Origin: Octopus sinensis
Taxonomy: Eukaryota
NCBI RefSeq assembly: GCF_006345805.1
Contig: NW_021824114.1
Coordinates: 1-19,876 of the forward strand
DNA length: 19,876 nucleotides
Direction: 5' to 3'
The notes under the pieces are model-generated. The model did no database searches and was not told the origin of the DNA. It saw nothing but the letters and a program-made list of their open reading frames with translations. Each line of letters starts with the position of its first letter. Within the stretch, counting starts at the first letter, position 1. This document shows, piece after piece, positions 1-9,415 of this stretch. Made by a program: the position numbers and the translations under genes.

Positions 1-6
1 ACTAGA

Positions 7-133
7 ATCAATCAATCAATCAATCAATCATATACAATATATATATATATATATACATATATATACATATGTATATATATATATATACATATATATACAT
101 ATATATATACATATACACACGCACACATACATA
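7..133. repeat. (ATCA)n / (TA)n / (CA)n compound microsatellite
   Basis: Directly visible simple repeats; the Tc1-like element is inserted at the TA at their end (132-133). Confidence 0.95.
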
Positions 134-185
134 CAGTGGTTGGACAAAATAATGGAAACACCTTAAAATTTTGAACAAATTTACT

Positions 186-1427
186 TTAATGAGTAGTAGG
201 TCTGCCTTTGGCAGTAATTACAGCTTGAATCCTACGAGGTATGGATTTGTACAAAGTTTGAATTGTTTCCAATGGACTTTTTGTCAATTCTTCAGCTAAA
301 ACTGTCTCCAGTTCTTGTAGTGATGATGGTTTTTTTTGTTTGTTCCATGTCTGGCTCATAGGACCAGTTACCCGGTTTCCTTGGCGTATAGGTTCCCCAC
401 CTGGACGGGACGCTGGTCCGTCACAGGTGAGCTGCAATATGCAGGAAGAAAGAGTGGGAGAAAGTTGTGGCGTAAGAGTCAACAGAAGTTTGCCATTACC
501 TTCTGCTGGAGCCGCATGGAGCTTAGCGATGATAGTGGAGGATATTGACTCCTTACTTGTTATTCTAAAATGCACCATAAATGTTCAATAATATTGAGAT
601 CTGGGGACTGTGCTGGTCAGATAAGATATTCAACTTCACTAGTATGTTCCTTGTGCCATTCAGTAACAACTTTAGCTGTGAGAATTGGTGCATTATCACC
701 CTGAAAGATTGCGTTTCTCTCAGGAAACAATTCCGCAACCATAGGATGAATTTGATCAGATAAAAAGCTTAAATAGTCTTGATTATTAATTCTGCCATGA
801 AGGGAAACCATTGGGCCAGCGAATTTCCAAGATATAGCCCCACTCCCACCCCCAGATCATCGGAGACCCTCCTCATGTTTAACAGTTGCAAGAAGGCAGT
901 CTGGGTCAAACGCTTCTTTTGGCTGCCTCCACATGTATACTTGGCCAGTGGTCAGAAATAAGGTAAAGGATGACATGTCTGAAACAATAACTTTCTTCCA
1001 CTGCTCTAGGGACCAATTCTGTTTTTACTCCACTTTAAATGCTTTGCAATGTTTGTTTTGATAGTAGTGGTCTTCTGATGGCAGCCCTACTGTGAAATCC
1101 AGCTTTGTGCAGCTCCCAGGAAATAGTTTTTGTGAAAATAGGGTTCTTGAGGTGGACATTAAGCTCTGCAGTAATTTTGGGAGTTGTACTTTTGTGATCC
1201 TTTCTAACAATTTGTATAAGAGTCCACCAGTCCCTATCTGAAAGTTTTGGTTTTCTTCCCGAGATTTGTTTTGACAAGGAGGTTTTTCCCTCTTTCTCAA
1301 AATCTGTCAATATTTTTGAGACAGTACTTCTTGATACACCAAACATTTAGGCTGTTTTCATTATGCTAGCCCCTGCCATATGAGCACCAGCAATTTGACC
1401 TCTTTGAAAGTCCAATAGATCTGTCAT
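186..1427 (-). pseudogene. Tc1-like transposase pseudogene
   Basis: ATG at 1427: MTDLLDFQRGQIAGAHMAGAS..*MFGVSRSTVSK (HTH), SGRKPKLS (GRPR-like linker), KKVIVSD, IFQGDNAP, *PAQSPDLNIIE, and C-terminal YKSIPRRIQAVITAKG ending at the stop at 186-188. Contains stops, frameshifts and an insertion at 331-523. Confidence 0.92.
331..523 (-). mobile_element. 5'-truncated SINE-like retroposon nested in the transposase gene
   Basis: Interrupts the reading YPPLSSL|PSSLQELE. Flanked by 13-bp near-direct repeats TAGTGATGATGGT (318-330) and TAGCGATGATAGT (524-536). A-rich tail on the minus strand. Shares its 3' part (CCACCTGGACGGGACGC) with the SINE at 17030-17236. Confidence 0.85.
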
Positions 1428-1621
1428 TTTAATTAATTTTAATTACCTTTTTCTGATGATATCTGAAAATAAACAGCAATTTTAGCAAAGCATATTTAGC
1501 AACACTAATAATAAATAAAAACACATAAAAATAAACAAGCTTTTGGCAGTTTTATAGTTAGTTTAAAATTATGATGCTAGTTGTTTCCATTATTTTGTCC
1601 AACCCCTGTATATACATGTAT

Positions 1622-1997
1622 AGGTGCAGTCATGGCCATGTGGTAAGAAGCTTGCTTCCCGACCACATGTTTCCGGGTTCACTCCCACTGTGTTGAACCT
1701 TGGGCAAGTACCTTTTACTATAGCCTTGGACTGGATTTGGTAGATGGAAACTGAAAGAAGCCTCTCGTGTTTGTGTGTGTGTTTGTGGCCTTGTGTTGTG
1801 TTTGTCCCTCAAGACTGCTTGATAACCGATATTGGTGTGTTTACATCCCTGTGACTCAGTGGTTCAACAAGGGAGACCAATATAATATGTACCAGGCTTA
1901 GAAAGAATATAAGTCTTGGTGTGGAACAAAAATTCCTCGAGGTAGTGCCCCAGCATGGTCACTGCCTAATGACTAAAACAAATCAATGAAAAATAAA
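1622..1997 (+). mobile_element. tRNA-derived SINE, family A
   Basis: A-box-like TGGCCATGTGG and B-box-like GGTTCACTCCC. Body GGATTTGGTAGATGGAAACTGAAAGAAGCC plus internal (GT)n is collinear with the copy at 15926-16335. Confidence 0.85.
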
Positions 1998-2239
1998 GGG
2001 CATATGTATATTAAGATACCCAGTCCCCTTCATGTAACTTGGGAGTATGCTCTGATGCATCATCACCATCATCTTTCTTTTCCTGCTGAGGCAACCATGT
2101 ATTTCCTCTACAGCAAAACACCTGTTCTTGTCCTTGTAATTAATACTTTAACCTCTCAACACCTGACATGAAGCCACTCCATCAGTACCCTTCTCTCCAC
2201 CTCGTTTGGGGTGGTTTTGTCTTGCAAGTTATCTGGTGA

Positions 2240-2432
2240 CCTCACTGGTGCCAGTGCCACATAAAAAGCACCCAGTCCACACTCTGACAAATAGTCAGTA
2301 CCAGGAAGGGTATCCAGCTGGAGAAACTATACCAAAGCAGATATTGGAGCTTGTTGCATTCCCCTTGCTCACCAGCTCCTGTCCAACCAGCTATCCTATG
2401 CCTACATAGAAAACAGACATCAAACAATGATG
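2240..2432 (+). mobile_element. Old, diverged RTE 3'-end fragment
   Basis: GTGCCACATAAAAAGCACCCA...AGGAAGGGTATCCAGCTG...AAACAATGATG aligns by eye to the RTE 3' terminus at 7790-7977. Confidence 0.65.
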
Positions 2433-2796
2433 GCGCATGCGCACGCACGCACACACACACACACATTAAATTTATGGTGTATCTGGAGCTGTTATGTTAT
2501 AATGACATCTATTATTTAATCAGAGGAAAATGGAGTAGAAAGCCTAACAGTGCACTCAATAAAACAGTTTTAGTAACTCAGTGTATATAGTAACGTATCT
2601 TATTTAAATCAGACACCTGACATGATGACATGACATAGCCTGCATTCATGGATGCAATACAACTAGATGCACTATATAAGGGACAGATTCAGGATGGGTT
2701 ACAATGCTTGTTGCACTGAATGAAGATGCTAGCTAAATCCATTTTCCATCTTCCTCATTCATTTATTCATTATGTATGTATGTACTTATGTATTTA

Positions 2797-2912
2797 TGGG
2801 TATGGGTGTGGCTGTTGTGGTAAGAAGCTCGAGTGGATTTAGTAGACAGAAACTGAAAGAAGCCTCTCTTGTGTGTGCTCGTGTGTGTGCGCACGTGTGT
2901 GTGTGTGTATGT
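2797..2912 (+). mobile_element. Internally deleted family A SINE plus (GT)n
   Basis: GTGGTAAGAAGCT joined to GAGTGGATTTAGTAGACAGAAACTGAAAGAAGCC, then (GT)n. Confidence 0.65.
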
Positions 2913-2995
2913 ATCATCAATGTCATTTTAATGTCCACATTTCCATGGACAGAATACAGAGGCAGATTTTCAACAGCCGGATGCCCTTCCTCTCT
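2913..2995 (-). mobile_element. Short diverged RTE 3'-tail fragment
   Basis: TTTAATGTCCACATTTCCATG...CAGCCGGATGCCCTTCCT resembles 10126-10247. Confidence 0.5.
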
Positions 2996-3240
2996 CAGTT
3001 TCCTTTGACTGTTTCCAGGTAAGGTAATATTTCCTCATGGCCAGACGATGTTTTCACAGAAGATTTGAAACAAAGGACACCGTTTGCATAATGATGATAT
3101 TTGCTTACAACTACATAGTAACACAATTTTTGTCCTTGGATAGCAGTTGTTATTACCTATTTGATTACCCCTAAAAAGTATGAAAAATGGGTAATATTTC
3201 CTTCAAACATTGCTTTTTGTCACATTTATTCAAACCTCAA

Positions 3241-3978
3241 ATACTGGCTTCATTTCTTTCAAGCCAACACCATGTCCTCAGCTGTCACAGCCCATGTTTC
3301 ACTGCTGTGTAGCATAGCTGTTTGCACACAGGCATCATATAATCTGCCTATCACTCTGAGAGAGAGGCCCCGTGTTGCCAGCGGGAGTAGAAGCTCTCTA
3401 ATCTTATTCTCATAGCTACACTCCCAAAGTACCTCCACTACTAACTTGGTCATCTGGATAACGGAAACTATCTACTACCTCTACCTTGCTCACCTGGCAG
3501 TTGATGGAGTCTATTTTCTGTACATTTTCATTGTTAATTGTACCTGTGCATCTTCCACATACAAAAGCTAGTTTCCCTGCTAACCTTCCTCTGATATTGC
3601 TGCACCTTTTATGTGTCCAAAGCTTACGCCAGGTGCATCTTATGGGGTTTCTACCTACACCTTTCCTACAGATTGAGCAGGGCCATCTACCTGAAGAGAT
3701 TTGTGATTTGTCTGCCTTCCTACTTATCAAGACTTTGGTTTTCACTAGGTTAACTCTAAGACCTTTCAATTCTAGATTTTGCTCCCATACCTGGAACTTC
3801 TTCTCTAGTTCTGGTAGTGATTCAGCAATAAAAGCAAGATCATCAGCATAAAGGAGTTCTCAGAGACCGCCTGTCTTAAATTCCTCTGTTATTGTCTGGA
3901 GGGCTATGATGGACAAGAGGAGGAGCTGAGCACCAATCTTTGGTGAAGCCCTCCTTGTTCCCTGAATTCTTTGCTGTA
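3241..3978 (-). mobile_element. RTE-clade LINE fragment (RT region), decayed and truncated at both ends
   Basis: Minus strand reads ELLYADDLA (around 3835-3860), KGLRVNLVKTK, the Cys/His finger, and GRLYDACVQTAMLHSSETW. Collinear with ORF 4781-5923 but frameshifted. Confidence 0.92.
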
Positions 3979-4288
3979 TGTGTGTGTGTGCATGTGTATA
4001 TATATATATATATGTTTCATCTTCAAATTTTCAACGACAAAAAAAATTATTTGTTAAACAACTGTCCTCATCAAGACTAGAAGGATGACAAAAAGAAAAA
4101 ACTTTAAAATTCCACATTGATAGCAGCAGATTTTTGCAATCTTCTGCAGGTTTTTTTTTTTCTTTTTCGTTTTTTGATATCTAACAATTCATTAGTTGAA
4201 CAACTTCATATCTTCAGTTTCCATTTTGCTATTATTTTTGTTTTGGTTTTCTTCAGTGATGGTCAAAAAATTTTTAAGATGAATTAAA

Positions 4289-4317
4289 TATACATATGTG
4301 TATATTATATATATATA

Positions 4318-4348
<31 letters not shown>

Positions 4349-4450
4349 ATGTAAAGTATAATAGCCATCTCAATATGGCTAACCACAAAGGGTGGGTGTT
4401 ACTGAAGCTTATATATATATATATAAATATGTGTGTATGTGTCTATATAT

Positions 4451-4504
<54 letters not shown>
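4289..4504. repeat. (TA)n and (GT)n microsatellites
   Basis: Directly visible. Confidence 0.9.
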
Positions 4505-4780
4505 TGGATTCATATTTCGTATTTCGTATTTTCGTAGGGAGTCGGATACCAGTCTGAATTCAAGTGAGGCCGTTGAAATCAGTCGCTGGTTTATATGCAT
4601 ATAGGGTGGCGGAGAAAGGGGCCGAATGGCGATCGAAAGAGATATAAGACAATTGAAGAGGAACGGGGGGGTCGTGGCCCACCAAGAATCGGCCGGCAGC
4701 CATTCCTTTCTTAGGAGAGAAATAGTTATTAGTAGCTATAAAGAAATAACTAAATTAGGGGCAAGCTTTTAGATAAGCCC

Positions 4781-6018
4781 TTGTACCTGGCTTTTGTTGA
4801 CTTGGAGAAAGCCTTTGACAGGGTCCCCCGGTCCCTTATCTGGTGGTCAATGAGGAAACTAGGGATAGAAGAATGGTTGGTGAGAGCTGTGCAAGCCATG
4901 TACAGAGACGCTGCTAGTAAGGTGAGGGTGGGCAACGAGTACAGTGAAGAATTCCGGGTAGAGGTTGGGGTCCACCAAGGTTCAGTCCTCAGTCCCCTCC
5001 TATTTATCATAGTCCTCCAGGCAATAACGGAGGAATTCAAGACAGGTTGCCCCTGGGAGCTCCTCTATGCTGATGACCTTGCTCTAATTGCTGAGTCACT
5101 ATCAGAACTGGAGGAGAAGTTCCAGGTGTGGAAACAAGGATTAGAATCGAAGGGCCTTAGAATCAACCTAGCCAAAACCAAAGTTCTAATAAGTAGGAAG
5201 GTAGATCAATCACAAACGCCTACAGGTAGATGGCCCTGCTCGATCTGTAAAAAAGGTGTAGGTAGAAACTCTATAAGATGCACCAAGTGTAAGCTATGGA
5301 CACATAAGAGGTGCAGCAATGTCAAAGGAAGGCTAACTAGGAAAATAGTTTTTGTCTGTGGCAAATGCTCAGGAGCAATAAACACTGGAAATATGCAGAG
5401 ACCAACTTCTGCCACGTTCCAGGGAGACAAACTAGAAGTAGTTGATAGCTTCCGCTACCTAGGAGACCAAGTCAGTAGCGGGGGTGGGTGTGCTGAAAGT
5501 GTAACTGCTAGAGTAAGAATAGCCTGGGCAAAGTTTAGAGAGCTCTTACCCCTGCTGGTGACAAAAGGCCTCTCGCTCAGAGTAAAAGGCAGACTGTATG
5601 ATGCATGTGTACGTACAGCCATGCTACATGGTAGTGAAACATGGGCCGTGACTGCTGAGGATATGCGTAAGCTCGCAAGAAATGAAGCCAGTATGCTCCG
5701 ATGGATGTGTAATGTCAGTGTTCATAATCGTCAGAGTGTAAGTTCCTTGAGAGAAAAGCTGAACCTAAGAAGCGTCAGTTGTGGCGTGCAAGAGAGACGG
5801 CTGCGCTGGTATGGTCATGTGACAAGAAAGGCTGAAGATAGTTGTGTGCAAAAGTGCTACACCCTAGCAGTGGAGGGACCTGTGGAAGAGGTAGACCCAG
5901 GAAAACCTGGGACGAGGTGGTGAAGCACGACCTTCGAACTTTAGGTCTCACTAAGGAAATGTCTAGAGACCGAGACCTATGGAAGTATGCTGTGCATGAG
6001 AAGACCCGGCAAGACTAG
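4781..6018 (+). pseudogene. RTE-type reverse transcriptase (C-terminal part) with internal C4HC3 finger
   Basis: Motifs AFVDLEKAFDRV, GVHQGSVLSPLLF, LYADD (YADD 5066-5077), FRYLG, LHGSETW, RRLRWYGHV. 380 open codons, then a 1-nt deletion near 5878 (GAGGGACC vs GAGGGAACC in the third copy). The corrected end GRGRPRKTWDEVVKHDL...EKTRQD stops at 6016-6018. No endonuclease domain. Confidence 0.93.
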
Positions 6019-7330
6019 TCAGGCCATAACCCGTGGCCCCGACTTGGGACGTAGTCAGTCCTGTGCATACCTTCCTTCTTGTGACACTTATAAAGACCTG
6101 TTGAGGCAAGTGAAAATCAAATCAAATCAAAACAAATCAAAATAGATGAACATCAGTGGAATTGTATTCTTTGTGGTACCAGTGCCGGTGGCACACAAGA
6201 AAACCACCCAAACGTGGCCGTAACCAGTACCGCATCGACTGGCCTCCGTGCTGTGGGCACAACAAACACCATCCGATCGTGGCCGTTCGCCAGCCTCATC
6301 TGGCACCTGTGCCGGTGGCACATAAAGACACCATCCGAAGACCCGGCGACGTAGTCAGTCCACCTGTGCATACCTTCCCTCTTATGACACTTGTGAAGAC
6401 CTGTTGAGGCAAGTGTGTGACACTTGTGAAGACCTGTTGAGGCAGAGGCAAGTGTGTGACACTTGTGGAGACCTGTTGAGGCAAGTGTGTGACCCTTGTG
6501 AAGACCTGTTGAGGCAAGTGAAAATCAAACCAAATCAAATCAAAATAGATGAATATCAATGGAATTTGTATCTTTGTGGTTCCAGTACCGGTGGCACACA
6601 AGAAAACCATCCGAACGTGGCCGTAGCTGGTACCGCATCGACTGGCCTCCGTGCTGTGGGCACAACAAACACCATCTGATCGTGGCCGTTCGCCAGCCTC
6701 ACCTGGCACCTGTGTCGGTGGCACATAAAAACACCATCCAAAGACCCGGCGACGTAGTCAGTCCACCTGTGCATACCTTCCCTCTTATGACACTTGTGAA
6801 GACCTGTTGAGGCAGAGGCAAGTGTGTGACACTTGTGAAGACCTGTTGAGGCAGAGGCAAGTGTGTGACACTTGTGGAGACCTGTTGAGGCAAGTGTGTG
6901 ACACGCGTGACACTTGTGAAGACCTGTTGAGGCAAGTGAAAATCAAACCAAATCAAAATAGATGAACATCAATGGAATTTGTATCTTTGTGGTTCCAGTA
7001 CCGGTGGCACACAAAAAACCATCCGATCGTGGCCGTTCGCCAGCCACATCTGGCACCTGTGTCGGTGGCACATAAAGACACCATCCGAAGACCCGGCGAC
7101 GTAGACAGTCCACCTGTGCATACCTTCCTTCTTGTGACACTTGTGAAGACCTGTTGAGGCAAGTGAAAATCAAAAAAATCAAATCAAATCAAAACAAATC
7201 AAAATAGATGAACATAAATGGAATTTGTATCTTTGTGGTACCAGTGCCGGTGGCACACAGAAAATCATCCGAACGTGGCCGTAGCCAGTACCGCATAGAC
7301 TGGCCTCCGTGCTTTGGGGACGTAACAAAC
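6000..7330 (+). repeat. Four ~300-400 bp tandem units with nested 33/39-bp hairpin repeats
   Basis: GACGTAG(T/A)CAGTC landmarks at 6048, 6348, 6751 and 7098. The nested CACTTGTGAAGACCTGTTGAGGCAAGTG occurs 1, 4, 4 and 1 times per unit. Confidence 0.92.
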
Positions 7331-7804
7331 ACCATCCGATCGTGGCCGTCCGCCAGCCTCATCTGGCACCTGTGTCGGTGGCACATAAAAACACCATCCG
7401 AGCGTGGCCGTCTGCCAGCCTCGTCTGGCACCTGCCAGCCTCATCTGGCACCTGTGTCGGTGGCACATAAAAACACCATCCGAGCGTGGCCGTCTGCCAG
7501 CCTCGTCTGGCACCTGTGTCGGTGGCACATAAAAACACCATCCGAGCGTGGCCGTTCGCCAGCCTCGTCTGGCACCTGTGTCGGTGGCACATAAAAACAC
7601 CATCCGAGCGTGGCCGTCTGCCAGCCTCGTCTGGCACCTGCCAGCTTCATCTGGCACCTGTGTCGGTGGCACATAAAAACACCATCCGAGCGTGGCCGTC
7701 TGCCAGCCTCGTCTGGCACCTGTGTCGGTGGCACATAAAAACACCATCCGAGCGTGGCCGTTCGCCAGCCTCGTCTGGCACCTGTGTCGGTGGCACATAA
7801 AATC
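7331..7804 (+). repeat. 62-bp minisatellite (7 units) with a 206-bp higher-order repeat
   Basis: ACCATCCGA starts at 7331, 7393, 7475, 7537, 7599, 7681 and 7743 (periods 62, 82, 62, 62, 82, 62). Confidence 0.95.
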
Positions 7805-8811
7805 ACCCACTACACTCTCGGAGTGGTTGGCGTTAGGAAGGGCATCCAGCTGTAGAAACACTGCCAGATCTGACTGGCCTGGTGCAGCCTTCGGGCTCCC
7901 CAGACCCCAGTTGAACCGTCCAACCCATGCTAGCATGGAAAACGGACGCTAAATGATGATGATGATGATGATGATGATATATATATATATATAAAGGTGT
8001 TTTAGTCTCAGTATTGTAACACTTTCTAGTGTGCTTAAACAAAATTCTTTACGCAACCCAATACTTCTAAATACTCTGAAAAAATTTCCAAACCAAGAAT
8101 ATAAATATTACATGAAGCCGGATGTTTCAATATTGTTTAATTATTTATATTTTATTCAAATGACAAGTATTCAACACATATCTGGAGAAAAAAAAAGAAA
8201 ATGAAAAGGCAAAAAAAAAATGAAATTTGAATATTTAGTATTTGTAGTTGTTTAATGAACAGATGAGTTTGAAAGAATGCAAGAGAATGGCAACTTTGCT
8301 ATTACCTACATTGAATTATGATGAAGAATAGGAGGTGGGGGAGTTCATTCTTTAGTCAGTGGTTGGGTAGGTAGTATTTATTTATTCATTTATTTATTCA
8401 TTTTACATATGAGTTAGAGTCTCCCTTGGGTTTACTAAAGAATCATGTATATCATTGTATATTTTGCATGTTCATTTATAGAAGTAACAAAAGAAATCAG
8501 TTCTAAAATAATAATGGAACATTATTCCTTTGTAAAGTGGTTAGGGTAAGGGGATCAAAGCAAGAAACTCCTCAAGTTCTGTTGGTTGTTGTTCATCCTT
8601 AGTTTTGGTAGTTCTGCTTGAGTTGTCATTGGTTACATGGGCTCCGTTATATTAATTCTCCTCTGAAAACAACAGGATCTGCATAACTCACCTTGATGAA
8701 AAGTTTTCACTCTTCTGACTCATAAATAACTTGTCACACAAATTTATGGTGGAAAGGAGGCCCCAGAACACATACATGATTAGTTGTTTGAAATATATTA
8801 TGTGCAGCATG

Positions 8812-8942
8812 ATTGGATCTTCAATCCAATTCCCATGCAACTCTCAACCAATCACAACACAGGACTCAACAAATGTCCAATAAATGTCCATGAAAGGTAT
8901 GTTACTCAATCACTACAGATTAGGGTGATGAGCCTATATAAG
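8812..8942 (+). promoter_or_regulatory. Possible CCAAT/TATA Pol II promoter
   Basis: ATTGG 8812-8816, CCAAT at 8826, 8848 (AACCAATCA) and 8877, and TATATAAG 8935-8942, in apparently non-repetitive sequence. Motif match only. Confidence 0.2.
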
Positions 8943-8988
8943 CCAGCTTAAATGTTTTCAATATACAATAATAAAAATTGGTCTTGCT

Positions 8989-9225
8989 TCAGACAGACTG
9001 ATTGTTTGGTTGGTAGGTAGGTAGTAAGGCAGGCGAGCAGACAGATAGAGAGGTAGATAGATAGATAGATAAATAGATAGACAGACACAGACAGACTGGT
9101 AAACAGATAGACAGACAGACTGGTAAACAGATAGACAAACAGACAGACTGGTAAACAGAGAGATAGATAGATACACTGGTAAACAGATGGATAGATAAAT
9201 AGATTGATATATAGTTGGATTGATA
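8989..9225. repeat. (GATA)/(GACA)n compound microsatellite with a repeated GACTGGTAAACAG unit
   Basis: Directly visible; ACTGGTAAACAG recurs four times. Confidence 0.9.
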
Positions 9226-9269
9226 TGATGAGGTACTTGTAACTATCACATGAAACCTAGACAAAGGCT

Positions 9270-9386
9270 TTGATTTGCTCAAGCCTGTCGTAAAAGACAC
9301 TTGCCCAACATACCAAGCAGTGGGAGTGAGCTGAAGTCCACAGAGTGAAAAACAAACCTCTTAACCACATAACCATACCTGCACCT
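9270..9386 (-). mobile_element. Diverged family A SINE 5' part
   Basis: Reverse complement reads TAGGTGCAGGTATGGTTATGTGGTTAAGAGG...TTGGGCAAGTGTCTTTTAC. Confidence 0.65.
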
Positions 9387-9415
9387 ATATATATATATAT
9401 GTGTGTGTGTGTGTA

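Larger units (their letters stand above)
134..1608 (-). mobile_element. Full-length, decayed Tc1/mariner-superfamily DNA transposon (DD36E spacing)
   Basis: 27-bp TIRs: CAGTGGTTGGACAAAATAATGGAAACA (134-160) vs reverse complement of 1582-1608 CAGGGGTTGGACAAAATAATGGAAACA (1 mismatch). TA duplications at 132-133 and 1609-1610. Transposase remnants inside. Confidence 0.95.
4770..7977 (+). mobile_element. 5'-truncated RTE-clade non-LTR retrotransposon with expanded 3' UTR and (GAT)n tail
   Basis: RT ORF, a 3' UTR homologous to the copy at 10117-11392, and terminal CATGCTAGCATGGAAAACGGACGCTAAATGATGATGAT... abutting (TA)n. Confidence 0.95.

Noticed and set aside
186-578. 130-aa ORF as a novel gene
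   Set aside because: It is a chance fusion of the nested SINE with the transposase C-terminus.
1453-1468. CTGATGA...GAAA hammerhead-like motif
   Set aside because: Only 5 nt between the boxes, so no stem II; it lies in the transposon's AT-rich leader.
4560-4640. HDV-like ribozyme upstream of the RTE
   Set aside because: CCGAATGG resembles J4/2, but I found no compatible P1/P3/L3 arrangement by eye.
6380-7804. CRISPR-like array of 28-39-bp palindromic repeats
   Set aside because: Repeats are directly tandem with no unique spacers, there are no cas genes, the context is eukaryotic, and they lie in a LINE 3' UTR homologous to 10117-10700.
6127-8042. Many overlapping ORFs (up to 223 aa) on both strands
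   Set aside because: They are translations of the tandem repeats with no domain signal; the same applies to the ORFs at 10157-10917.
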